NCBI GenBank assembly: GCA_023231475.1
Contig: JALJEE010003038.1
Location: 112,619 to 132,618, forward strand
Length of the DNA: 20,000 nt
Reading direction: 5' to 3'
Source: Seison nebaliae
Taxonomy: Eukaryota
Part shown: one piece after another, positions 8,864 to 20,000 of the stretch
Layout: every line of letters begins with the position of its first letter
How positions within the stretch are numbered: the stretch's first letter is position 1
Made by a program: the position numbers and the translations under genes
The notes under the pieces: model-generated
Seen by the model: only the letters and a program-made list of their open reading frames with translations
Told to the model about the DNA's origin: nothing
Database searches by the model: none

Positions 8864-11800
8864 ATGAGTTCCTTTTCTCGCGGTCTTCTGATCGTTTTTC
8901 TCCTTTTCATTCTTCATCGTCAATGCGAGGAGATTAATGGTCGAAAGAAAGTTTATTTTCCAACGTTGAAAAAAGATCGATCTAATCAAGAGAAGAAGGA
9001 ATTGGAGATACAAAGCGATACAATTCGGGACAACGACTATCAGAATCATTTGGTGGAAGGGAAATCCATTTCCGCATTCCTGCAACTAACTGAAAGGAAA
9101 TGGCCAACTTGTCGAACCATGGACATTGGTCTTCCAACTCATGGTTTTGGACAAGAGAGTGGAGTTACTGTCACGGTCGACTCATCGGTATCGAAAAAAG
9201 TCGAATTAGAAGACGCAGAAAATGGACAGTCGATTAATAATTTGGATATGGAGCAATTGCAGAAAGAAGGACTCAGTCTTATGCAAATCGCCAAGTTGAA
9301 AATGGAAAAGACGAATAATCCGGAAAATGGACCAGCTGTTGAAGAATTGACAGTTCGGAAAGAGAGTGAAACTATTCCATCAATTAGTGAGGAACTGGAA
9401 GAAGAAATTGAACGTGATGGAGTCGATATTGATGAAGAATTGGAGGAGAAAGAACAGAATGAAAAGAGATTAGAAAAACGACTCAATTCGGAAACGGAAA
9501 AAGAAACCGAACATGGAGAAGAAGGATCTGGATATTTGGAAAGTAGGAGAGAAATAATATCCTTACTCAATGGTTCGTCGGATGGTAAAGGAAATTTAGA
9601 TGGTGAAATATCCGTTTCATCTCATCACTATTTCCAGGATGTGATGATTGAGCAAATTGGGGAGGAAGGACTTCCATCTATTCAGAAGAATATACCAATA
9701 GAGACTCCACATTTGGAGAATATCTTGAATAACGTAGAACCGAACGTATCGGTAGAAGACAATGCTCCGAAAGATATCGATCGAATAGATTTAGAGAAAT
9801 CATTAGAAAATGGAAATCACTTCGATTCTGAAGGAAATCAGATGAAGGAAAATCATGTTGGATCTAACTTCCATAACAAGAAAGAACAAGAAAAAGAGAT
9901 TGAGACGATGGAATCATCTGAACATCTTATTGAGGAAGGTCGAATTGTGGAGGGAAAAGAAAAAGAAGAAACTTTTGCAAATGAAGAAATTCATGAGGAG
10001 AACTCGAATGTGGAAGATGTGCAAATTAAGGATGATGATGTTCGAATTGGAGCAGTTGAATCTGGAAAAGAGAATGTCGATGGTCTTATAGAAGAAGAAC
10101 TTGACCATACTGATGAAGTAATGACGGAGAATAATGTAGAACCACAAGAGATCGAAAATGCTATTTACACTCCAGGAATTAATAAGGAATATCCTTCGGT
10201 CGATAACAATCAAGAGGATTTTATTAAAGATGAAAATATTTCTATCAATAACTATCAAGAGGATTTTATTAAAGATGAAAATATTTCTATCAATAACAAT
10301 CAAGAGGATTCGATTGATAAGGAAGAATCATCAAAAACAGAAGAACGATTTTCTAAAGAATTGATTGAAGATGATTCTTCGTCGAATCAGTTGACGAGAA
10401 AGAAGAATACGTTTGAAGAAAGTTTGAAGAATTCGTTTTTAATGAAAACTTCATCGAAGGAGATTGTAGAAAAGGTGATAATTACAAATCTATCGGAAAA
10501 TGATAGTGAAAAGAATAACGTAACAACTTCCGTTCCCCACGTCCACATTTCATTGAGGAGAAATGTCTCTGCTATCGAGCAACAAATGGGCATATCGTTA
10601 GAGAGACCCAAAGAGAAGAAGAAGAGTCTTCTGAAATCGGACGAACAATCCGGATATCGTGAAAGTGTCACTAGAACATCTTGGATGATTGGTTTGATTC
10701 GATCATATTTCTCTTGTAAATGGTCTGAGAGTAGTACGAGTAATCTTGCTGTTACTTCTCAGAGGATAGAAGAAGATTTGGAAGAAACTCTCATTTCGAT
10801 TTTGGAAGTGAAGAATTCTCAGAAATTTCTCAGTTTTTTTCTTAAGAACTCGAGAAAACACATTTCATTTCAAATGGCGCTCTATTTCCATCTGAATTGT
10901 AGATATGTTGATCGTTTCTTATTGATTAATTTCGTGGAATTGAAGAGACCTTTATCCAATTCGACATTGAAAGCCATTCTTCATAATCGAGGAATTCCTA
11001 GTAAATTCGAGAAATTCTTTTGGTTACACTATCGAGATATGATCCAATCTGATCACTCTCGATATGAAGTGTACAACAATGGTAATTATCTTCCCATGTT
11101 TTTTATATTCATATCAAAATTGACGGAATTATTCCAATTGTTCAATTCATATGTTAGTCATTTATTCCGTTTCTTGTTTATAATCTTTTTATAGAATTTA
11201 ATTACAAGTCTCGTAACTTTCATAATCATTTTCTTCATGATGGAAATGCATTTATACCTCTCTTGTTTCTTGTGGAAATTTGGCAAGAAGAAATTATTGG
11301 ATTGTAATCGAGGTCCACTAAATGTTAGAGATGAACCTCAAATATCTGGTTTTTTTTAATTTTTCATTTTTCATAAGGAAACTGTAAATTTTTTAGAAAG
11401 AAGTGCAAAAAATATGCCGAAAGTGACTGCTGGTCCTTTAGCCATAAGATTTCGAGTAAATCGTCAGAGTGCTATGAAAAGAAAAGTTTCCTTATTTTTT
11501 TTCATTTTCATTAAAAACTTTTCTTAATTAGCGATTCCGATCATTGTGTCATGGGAAAACTCCTGAAGAATGTAGAACTAACAAGAATGAACGTTGTCAT
11601 TCACTAGTCCTTTCACATAGTGAGACATGTAATGTCCATCGGAAGGACTCTGTTTTTTTGCCGAAAACAAAAAAATTCAACATTCCAACTCTTCATGAAG
11701 TGGAAGAGAATGATATTAATTTGGATGAAGAATATCGAGTGGACAATAGAAAGTTAACGGAGAAGAAAAGAGAGAAAAAGGATGATATTGGATCTGATCG

Positions 11801-14800
11801 AAGTAGAAGAAGTCATCCATTAACGGCAATTGAAAAAGAAAACGTTCTTCCGACCAGTAAAAGAAATTTAAATATCCTGGAAATGAAAAAAGACGATGGT
11901 ATTGTACGTAAAGGTCGAAAGTCGAAATCGTCATCTGTCAGTATTGTACATGCGGCTGACAAGAAGAAACATCTTCCCAGTTATAATCGATATAGTATTG
12001 TAACACATACGACACAGGAACAAGATGAAATATCATCAACTTGTTCGTCGTTTAGTGACGATTCTGATTCTTCCCAGAAAGATTCTCATTCGGCACCAAA
12101 ACCAAATTCGGTTAATTATTACAAGAAATACGATGTGATAAAAGTGAAATCGGACCATAATATATTCGTTAATTCAAAATTACCGAATGTTGGTTGTATA
12201 AAATCTGATTTACATTTGTTCAGTCTCCCGAAGAACTGTCAACCGGATATGGTGGAACAGTCTCTGATGGATAATGCCGATTCCGATGGTATTACTAACG
12301 AGAATAATAAGATGAGGAAACATCTTCTCTCTCAACAATCGGATCATAAGAATGAACGGAAAATGTCGAAATTATTGTCTGATGGTATTCAAGAAGAAGC
12401 GTCTAGATTATCGAGTGGTCGTTCATTGACGATGGAGAGTTCGGAATCGAGTGATTCTTTCATTCATGTCAAGAAGAAGATTGAAGACGTTGGTGTTCAA
12501 TGTGATAGGAATTTATTCAATTTCTCTTCAAAAGAAAAATTATCTGCAGAAGATGCATTGAAAACGATTTATCGATATGCTATGGAACATGATCAAGAAC
12601 GATTCCAAGATATCGCTCATAAGGATGACATGTATGTGGCCTTATCAACAATTGATCATTATCTTTTCCTAGTGACAGGATTCGATGTTAGATTACTTCA
12701 CAAATATTCGGTGATGTTAGAGAAAGATATTATCAAATTGAGAAATCAAAACGTTTCATTGAAATGTCAAGGAGAAATGCAAAATACGAAAATGGAGAAA
12801 TTAACGAAATCGAACGAGGAGAAATCGAGAAGAATTATCGAATTAGAAAATCAATTTACTCTTCTGAACAAGAAGGAAACCATCAATCAGATATTGGTCA
12901 ACATCTCAGAGAAGATCGATAAACATTGTGGTGAATTAAGATTGGTGGATGCTCGTCGAATGCTCGATCAAACGATTAAGGATGCATGTCATGAATTGGA
13001 TTTGAAATATGATCCCGAATATCGAAAAACGAAAAGTCAATTAATTCGTTATAAATTATCCAATGAAGAATTAGAAGGTTATTTATTATTTTTACATTTC
13101 TCATCAATTCTTTCATATTGTCAGATGATATAAATGTAAAAACGAAAATTTTGGATAGAGTTCAAAATCAGAAATTGCAATTCCAACGAACTTATCTGCA
13201 TTTGTTAAAAGAATATACGAGAATGAAACGTCAGTTATTGGCCGCCCAACAATCAGCACTCAACTCTCAATATCGCGAACATATTATTGGTCAATTGTTG
13301 TTGCAAACGAATAATGTAGAAGAAGTAGATCATATAAGGAATCATTTGTTGAAGGATCAACGTCGTTGGTTACAGAAATGTGAGAATGAGAAACGATTCG
13401 TCAATCGACGATCGATGAGTCTCTCGTCGCTAAGTCAAATTTCTGCAGTAGATTGTCGATGGAAGTTGAAAGATAATGACGAAAAGATAACGGAAATTGT
13501 TCGAGAGAATATGAAGAACGAAATGTTAAATGGTCCAAGAAGCAAAGACGAAATTCTTCTCATCCGTCCACAATTGAAAGATGTTCAAGATATTAAACAG
13601 GAATGTTTACAAATGAGAAAGATGATTATGATTGAACGGTTTCATTTCATCGTTACCATATCATATCTTTAGATTTTCCTCGTTTAGTGATCGACATGCG
13701 AAAGAATTGGAACAGGGGACGAAAGACCATTCAGTTCTACAACATAAATTCACATTACTCGAAAATAATTATGCAACTCTCAAAGTTTAGTTATCTACAA
13801 TATTGTTTATATTGTTTATAATGTTTAATTTTATTTCATTCTATTGAAATAGAGATCGATGAATAAATTAGGAAATGTTACAAAAAACTTACATTTACAA
13901 AAGAGTTTTTTGTCCCATTCAAATCTCTCTCAATCTTATAACGGAATCACTTTGCTAGGTAATGATGATCTTGATACATCTTCTATAGTGAGTGAACCTC
14001 GGTCGATGATAGTTTGATCATTATAACTTTTCTTATTTTCAAATCTTATTTTTTAGTTACCGACTAAATTAGGGAAATCTTTAAAAAATGCGAAAACGTT
14101 CTCATCAACAATTAATTTGAATTCGAATGAAACAAATGACAGCGCGTCTGTAAGAAGTGGTGTTATTATATACGATAAAAATCGTTCTAATCAAGTTTTA
14201 TTTCTAAATTTAACATTTAATTCATATTTCAACGGATAACAATGAAGAATCGATTTTTGAATAAATCCCGACAACAGAAAGATAGAATGAAAATTGGAAG
14301 ATCTCAAAATCATGGAAATGATTATCATAATCGTTCAAATGTATCGACTAATGATCAATTGAAACCGTTCGATTATAAAGATTATTTACCAGATTCAGTT
14401 TCTCCGTTTGACACAATTCTCAAGAAATTGAGTAGTGGTCAATCGATAAGATTGGAAAGAAAAATATTAGTATCGATGCATAGACATCGTCCACTTCTAC
14501 AATTCGAGGGTGAAACGCGTCAATCACGTTATGAACTTTCTAGACATTTCTACAAATATCTTCCCGCACTCACCAAATATAATACATCTGTCGATGCATT
14601 GGAAAGAAAACCTGCTCCTAATTTATGTTTTAACACTGCTCATCTATATAATTCGTTGAACGATCGATATGAAATTACCAAATGTTTCAGAGATTTCAAT
14701 GAAGACTATTTGTCAAGACGGAAAAATTTTAAGATGCAAATTAAAATTTCACCACAACAAAAGAAAGTGTTGGAGAAACGATGTTATTCCTCTCAACCCT

Positions 14801-15072
14801 TCTTACTGGCAAGCGACATGCCACCAAAAGAAAACTTGAAACAACTACCTAATCCTGTTAGACGACGAGTGGAAACTTATAGGCGAATGCTGGTGAGAAA
14901 TCGTAGTTATCATTTATCGGAGAAACGATTTAAACGAAGTCATTCGGCGATTAATCTTCTTCATGAAGAAATTCATTCAGATAAATCGCTACGTGATTCC
15001 AATTCGCCATCAAATAGTCTTGTATTCTACAGTTTGTATTATCCTTCTAATCATTTAGATGGATCTCAGTAG
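8864..15072 (+). CDS. Large secretory-pathway membrane protein (signal peptide, acidic luminal region, TM, cytoplasmic coiled coils); 9 exons (8864-11152, 11195-11348, 11397-11485, 11532-13077, 13125-13638, 13673-13784, 13853-14011, 14057-14194, 14248-15072), about 1,941 aa; TANGO1/MIA3-like architecture
   Basis: Eight 34-68 nt GT-AG introns join the 776, 529, 184 and 276 aa ORFs and five unlisted small exons in one frame. Signal peptide RGLLIVFLLFILHRQC; TM NLITSLVTFIIIFFMMEMHLYLSCFLW followed by KFGKKK; heptad-rich segment at about 12700-13780. The last junction (14195-14247) is the least certain, so 14242-15072 could be a separate gene. Confidence 0.65.
10203..10310 (+). repeat. In-frame 45-nt tandem repeat (about 2.4 copies; NN[N/Y]QEDFIKDENISI)
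   Basis: ATAAC[A/T]ATCAAGAGGATTTTATTAAAGATGAAAATATTTCTATCA is repeated almost perfectly. Confidence 0.9.
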
Positions 15073-15603
15073 TTTTCGATAATTTCTCATTAATTTTCGA
15101 ATTATGTTATCTCTTTAATTTACTAAATTAACTTAATTTCTCTAATTATAATCATTAAATTTTCTTTAAATGAAATAAAATATCGTGAAAAATTTCTACT
15201 TAAACTTCTGAAATATTTTCTATGAAAATTTCATGTGCCATGAACAGAATTGAAATCTACAGATAAATCATAACTAATATTAAAACCATCCATAAAAAAT
15301 CATACATTTGGTTGTTGTAGTTGTTGGAAAGAAATATAGTTTTGAAGTGCAACTACCATAATTAATAACCAATAGGAATTGGTATATTACACAAAATTTC
15401 CATTTTAAGCTTTTCCAATTCAGAAATAATTATTCCATAAATTTTTTATTGTCATATAAATTTCCATTTAATTTGTAGGGACTTTTAATCCTTAAATGGA
15501 ATTTAACAATGTTTTGTTGTAATACTTCATTTCTCATATTTACAGTTGAAAAGGAATTTAATTGATAAATCTCCTATTGATTTATTGTGAGAAAAGAGAG
15601 AGA

Positions 15604-18600
15604 ATGAAAGAGATTCCGGTGTCTGAACAAATTTGCGTTAATTGGCGAGAAGTAGCGAGAGAGTATTATGAACTTGAAGAATTTGGTTTGGCAGTTGATT
15701 GGCAGGCATATGTGTCGAGTATAACGGGCGACTTTGATGATTATGATAAACTGATTCATTATCAGATGGCCAATCACGATTATCATAAAGCTGCTTATTT
15801 TATTGTTCAATTCAGCTTACATCAACAATCGTTGAAAATGAAATTTCGTTTGGCTAAATGTTATTATGAAACGAGTTTTTATGATTCAGCTGAAGAATTA
15901 TTGAAATTAGTGATCGAATCGAAAGAATTTTCTGTCGAATATGAAGATAATAATAAATTTCGATCAATCGTTTTTCTCTTATATGGGAAAGTGTTGATGA
16001 AAAGGGGAAAATTGTCGTTGGGAGCACTCTTCTTAAAAGCATCGATGTTCGCCGATTTGTATTGTGTAAAGGGATGGGAGTTATTGAATAATAATTTCCT
16101 CTTAAAAAATGGAGAATTGGAACATTTAATGAAAAATCTCAAATTTAGTGATCGTTTGAGTTTGGTGGAGGAAGCAATCATTCTAAAAAATTGTTATCGA
16201 TTGAAATGTTCATTTTATCCATCTTCACGTCCAAAGAACGATGTTCTCATGGAGAAATCGAGTCAAAATAAACATTTAACTATCAAGAATCAAATTAAAC
16301 AATTAAAGAGTTTAGATGACGAGAAAATGGTCGATCAAAATTTATCGAATGCAGATGATGATGTCGTCAATCAGTTATATGCGGAATTGAAAGAAATGAA
16401 GAATAAACGAGAAGATGATCAAAAAATGGTGAATGATGAGAAGAAATTGATTGAAATGAAAAAGATCAAAATTCAAGATTTCTCATTAGATATTTCTCGT
16501 ATCCCGGAAATTTCGAATGAGAAGGATGTCGATATGAGAGATAGCAATTTATTTGAATCATGCAATTCTGCTTTTAGTAATAGTGAAATTGGTTGGAAAG
16601 AAAATAATTCCACTAATCCAGAATGTTCAGATGTGAATACAAATCCATTAAGCACTTCCATTTCTAAAACGAAGACGTTAATGATTAATAATGATCAATT
16701 ATCCTTCATTAAAAATTCTTTAGATTTCTCCAAATCGGAAGATTCGATGTTGTCGATTGAATCGGAAGAAGAAGGCAATTCCAAATTAGGAAAAGTTGAT
16801 GATATAAGAATTGTGGAAAAAATTGATGGATTGATCATTCCAGATATTCCTTATGCGGATAATAGTGGAAGAAAAGATAGTTTTACTGATTCAACATATG
16901 AACCGATTGATGCTCCACATAAAACAGCTGCTACACAATCTACTCCATGTTGTCTCCAATTGTCGAAGATGAAGAAAGAAAAGAAATTATTGAAGTTTCC
17001 ATTGAATCCGGAAATAAAATTTGATGTGACTTCAGTTCCGATGAATTTGGATAATCCTCATATGATAACAAAATCGGAAAATAAATGTATTTGTAATACT
17101 ACAACCAAATCCATCGTTCCCGTTTCATTCGAAAATGCTATTGTCAAAGATTCATTATGTCAGTTTGAAAATATTAAATCATCAAAGAATTGTCAAGATA
17201 CAACTCCAACTACATCAATCACTGCCTCCACGTTAATGGATGTTGATAAAAAAATATCAGAGAAACCGGTACACACGACCAGATTTGGAAGCATTACTGA
17301 AATGAGTGAGAGCGATATCGATAAACGAGTAAGTTCATCTCGAATGAACAATTCGTCATTGCCACATCATTCGATTTTGAAGAAGAGTGCTCATACTTCA
17401 ACGTTATCTAAAGAGAATGTCATCTCTTTATTATTGTTATGGAATCGATTACTCACTTCATCCGATATGTCACTTACGATTGGAATGGCTCGATATTATT
17501 CGTTCAATATCGATGAAGCTTTCGAATATGTTCGGAAATCGTTATTAATTAATCCGTTTGATGAGCAAGCACAATTAATGTATATTTCAATATTATTCTC
17601 TCGACGTAACATTACCGGTTAATTTCCGTTTTTTCTTCTTTATTACATCGTTTATAGAATTATTCTCTTATGCTCATACATTAATTGATCGAGATACTTC
17701 TAATTCAATTTCTTGGTATGCAGTTGGCACTTATTATTTCCTTTTGGGGAAAATGGAATCAGCCAGAAAATTCTACACGTTCCACTTCAAATTCTCCATC
17801 AAGTCGAATTTTTACTCTTTTTATTTCTGTAGAAAATCTACTTCGCTCAACAAATATTTTGGAGAAGCTTGGTTAGCATTAGGTCACACTTATTCGTTAA
17901 GCGAAGAACATGATCAAGCAAATGCTGCATATAGTGAAGCACTTCAATTATTACCAGGGTTTACTTTCTATTCAATAATTACTCGATAATAATTTGTGCG
18001 ATTATTTATTCGATTTTAATAGATCTCATTTACCTGTTCTCTATGTTGGAATGGAATATAAGAAAGTTGATTATTTCCATTTTGCTAAACAATTCTTTTA
18101 TGAAGCATTCACCATGGCACCAAATGATCCTTTCGTACTCAATGAAGTCGCTCTTGTAGAATATTATTCAGAAAAGTTGGTCTTATTAACATATTCTGAT
18201 TTATGTTTCTCATTAAAGTTATGAGAAAGCTTTAGTATTATTCGATCGAGCGTTAGATGTAATCGAGAAGAATTTTTCATTTATTGTCGAATATGAATGC
18301 ATTTTCAATAATCGTGCATTCTGCTTAAGAAAACTTCACCGTTATTTGGATGCAATCGATTGTCATAAACGAGCGTTGAAAATTGTACCACAAAACGCTT
18401 CGACCTTAACCTCCATCGGATTAAATTATATGTTATGTTTACGGTTTGTGGATGCTGTGGAAATTTTAAGAGAAGCCGTGTCGTTATCACCAGATGACAG
18501 ACTTCTGACAGCTTTATTAGAGGAAGCTACTATCAGATCAACAGACATCGATTTTGCAAATCAACTTCAATTGTGGAAACTTCATCATTCTCAAGATCAA

Positions 18601-18720
18601 ATATCGGCAGTAAATAAAAAGAACGATCATTTATTAAAAATAAAATCAAAATTGGCTGTTAATAATCTCTCCTTCTTTCATCGAGAGAAATACGACAAGT
18701 CTACTTTGGACGTTTATTAG
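15604..18720 (+). CDS. CDC16: Anaphase-promoting complex subunit 6 (cell division cycle protein 16), TPR protein; 5 exons (15604-17617, 17658-17778, 17833-17958, 18023-18175, 18219-18720), about 971 aa
   Basis: Matches remembered CDC16 motifs: WREVAREYY...AVDW, LLYGKV...ADLYCVKGWELL, ELFSYAHTLID...SWYAVGTYYF, AWLALGHTYSLSEEHDQANAAY, GSHLPVLYVGMEY, APNDPFVLNEVA, FNNRAFCLRKL..Y.DAIDCHKRAL. Introns of 40, 54, 64 and 43 nt restore the alignment. Confidence 0.92.
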
Positions 18721-19061
18721 ATCTGTTGTCTATTCGCTTCTCGGACTAATCGATGAATACGATGTACCTCCAAATCTAATTCACCATCCACCTCCCAATT
18801 TAGTTTCGAGAGGTCACTCTCTCCAATCTTCACTCCGTTTAATTTGATGTTGACTTGATCTGAAATAAAATTTCTTTTTTCCATTTCTACCTGATATCCA
18901 TGTTTTATTAAAAATTCTATAAAATTTAAAAGTAATAGAGAAGAACGAGATTGAATTGAACCTTTCAAACCATTTAGACGTTGTTCATCGAACTCAACAC
19001 CTATATTAACACGATATCTTCGGCAGTAACCAATTGTTATAATATTCGTATTCTCTTCCAT
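18717..19061 (-). CDS. C10orf53: UPF0728 family protein (C10orf53 homolog); 2 exons (19061-18962, 18916-18717), 99 aa
   Basis: Removing an in-frame 45-nt intron gives ITIGY..YRVNIGVEFDEQRLNGLKEFLIKHGYQVEMEK...VNIKLNG......LSKLNWEVDGELD. This parallels remembered C10orf53 (LRYGPY...VEH..FRLQGLQAVL..DGHEVILEK...VELMVN...IKDLEFGGDGKLD). Confidence 0.75.
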   Translation of the reverse strand: MEENTNIITIGYCRRYRVNIGVEFDEQRLNGLKGSIQSRSSLLLLNFIEFLIKHGYQVEMEKRNFISDQVNIKLNGVKIGESDLSKLNWEVDGELDLEVHRIHRLVREANRQQI

Positions 19062-19408
19062 CCAATCTTTCTCATTTGATTTTCACACATCAAAATTTAA
19101 TTGGAACGACATGAATATTATGTAGTTATAACTGTTCTCACATTAATACGACAAAAATAAGACCGAGTAACAACTGTAGTCATGGTAATTATATTACATC
19201 ATGTTACACATAAATTTGTGCAATCAAAATATCTTTTGTATAATTTAACTCAAGGAAATTTTTTTTAAATTATTTATTTATTTTATATTTCAATTATCAT
19301 CAAAGCACCAATAATCGAAAAAGTGTGTATGATGATTTTAAACTTTTACATTGATTGTTCGCTGGAATTAAATTTTATACAATTTATAAAGAAATATTTT
19401 GACAATTT

Positions 19409-19557
19409 GTCTCTTGGATAAAATCTTTCTTATCCAAGACGAGACCATAGAGTTTATGCTCTTCCAAGGCGCGACTCTATGGCATAGAGTATAGAGCAAC
19501 GGTGTAAATAAATACTCTATACGTATATAGAACATCTATACTACAAACACTGTGTTT
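19409..19557. repeat. Cluster of five adjacent inverted repeats/hairpins
   Basis: TCTTGGATAA/TTATCCAAGA (19412-19439); CCATAGAGT/ACTCTATGG (19445-19482); ATAGAGTAT/ATACTCTAT (19484-19520); TATAGA/TCTATA (19526-19540); AAACAC-T-GTGTTT (19545-19557). Confidence 0.7.
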
Positions 19558-19769
19558 TAAGTATTAGATATTAGGCATTAGGGAGTTTCCAAATTGTCAC
19601 GTATCCGAACTGACACGTCTAATAGATTTACCATCCATTGGCTTCAATATGAATGTTTTGACATTAACACTGAAAAGCAATTTGCAGCTACCGAAAAAAG
19701 TTGGTAATAAGAGAGAACTAACGATTAACTAGATACCTTGTATACATTCACTTGTTAGTCGATCAACAT

Positions 19770-20000
19770 CATAATCAAAAATATTTTAAAATGGCTGCAA
19801 CTTTTTTCTTATTTAAAATTCGATAAAAATGAACTCATATTAATTTTAATTCTGAAGAAACCGAATATCGATCAAACCTCGTTAAATTCATACAGACCGA
19901 TCTGCATTTCTTCGTTCCTACTGAAAGTATTCGAGAACCTCATTTTGATCCGATATCGGAATGTACTCTTTTAGTCATCCTACTAATTCGCCTATCGATC
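19770..20000 (+). mobile_element. Decayed non-LTR retrotransposon RT, N-terminal domains (runs off window); not in the ORF track
   Basis: Frame from 19822 reads ...ILILKKPNIDQTSLNSYRPICISSFLLKVFENLILIRYRNVLF*SSY*FAYR. This is the typical LINE RT PI.K.....L.NYRPIS....K.FE.....R......QF(G/A)FR signature, with stops at 19972 and 19984. Confidence 0.8.

Noticed and set aside
8822..11934. Nested or antisense ORFs 8822-9085, 9139-9570, 9855-10091, 9914-10303, 10158-10364, 10387-10671 and 11716-11934
   Set aside because: By-products of the GAA-rich biased coding strand of the large gene.
15496..15590. Possible spliced uORF or extra first exon for CDC16 (ATG 15496, GT-AG 15511-15545)
   Set aside because: The spliced frame stops at 15588-15590 and does not join CDC16. 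CDC16 homology begins after ATG 15604, and there is no independent support.
15574..18490. Minus-strand ORFs within CDC16 and + ORF 17685-17876
   Set aside because: Shadows or wrong-frame readings of CDC16 exons.
1..20000. CRISPR array, prokaryotic operon or defence system, tRNA/rRNA, alternative genetic code
   Set aside because: No repeat-spacer array or recognisable RNA gene was seen. Apparent in-frame stops in host genes are explained by short spliceosomal introns under the standard code.

Overview
AT-rich, gene-dense eukaryotic (most likely metazoan) DNA with very short introns (about 34-68 nt); it is not prokaryotic. Most ORFs in the track are exons of spliced genes. Manual GT-AG joining gives these models, in order: a 5'-truncated divergent class A GPCR; a short PINX1-like G-patch gene; a decayed non-LTR retrotransposon RT fragment; three orphan secreted or membrane genes on the minus strand; a six-exon membrane-anchored protein resembling bacterial family-3 (PBPb/SBP_bac_3) amino-acid-binding proteins; a roughly 1,940-aa signal peptide/acidic/TM/coiled-coil gene with TANGO1-like architecture; CDC16/APC6 with a roughly 400-aa insertion; a C10orf53/UPF0728 homolog overlapping the CDC16 stop; a hairpin cluster; and a second decayed LINE RT fragment. 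The most unusual window-wide signal is that 21 of 23 inferred introns start with GTT, none with GTA, and several end in AAG. All homology calls come from remembered family motifs, not database searches.
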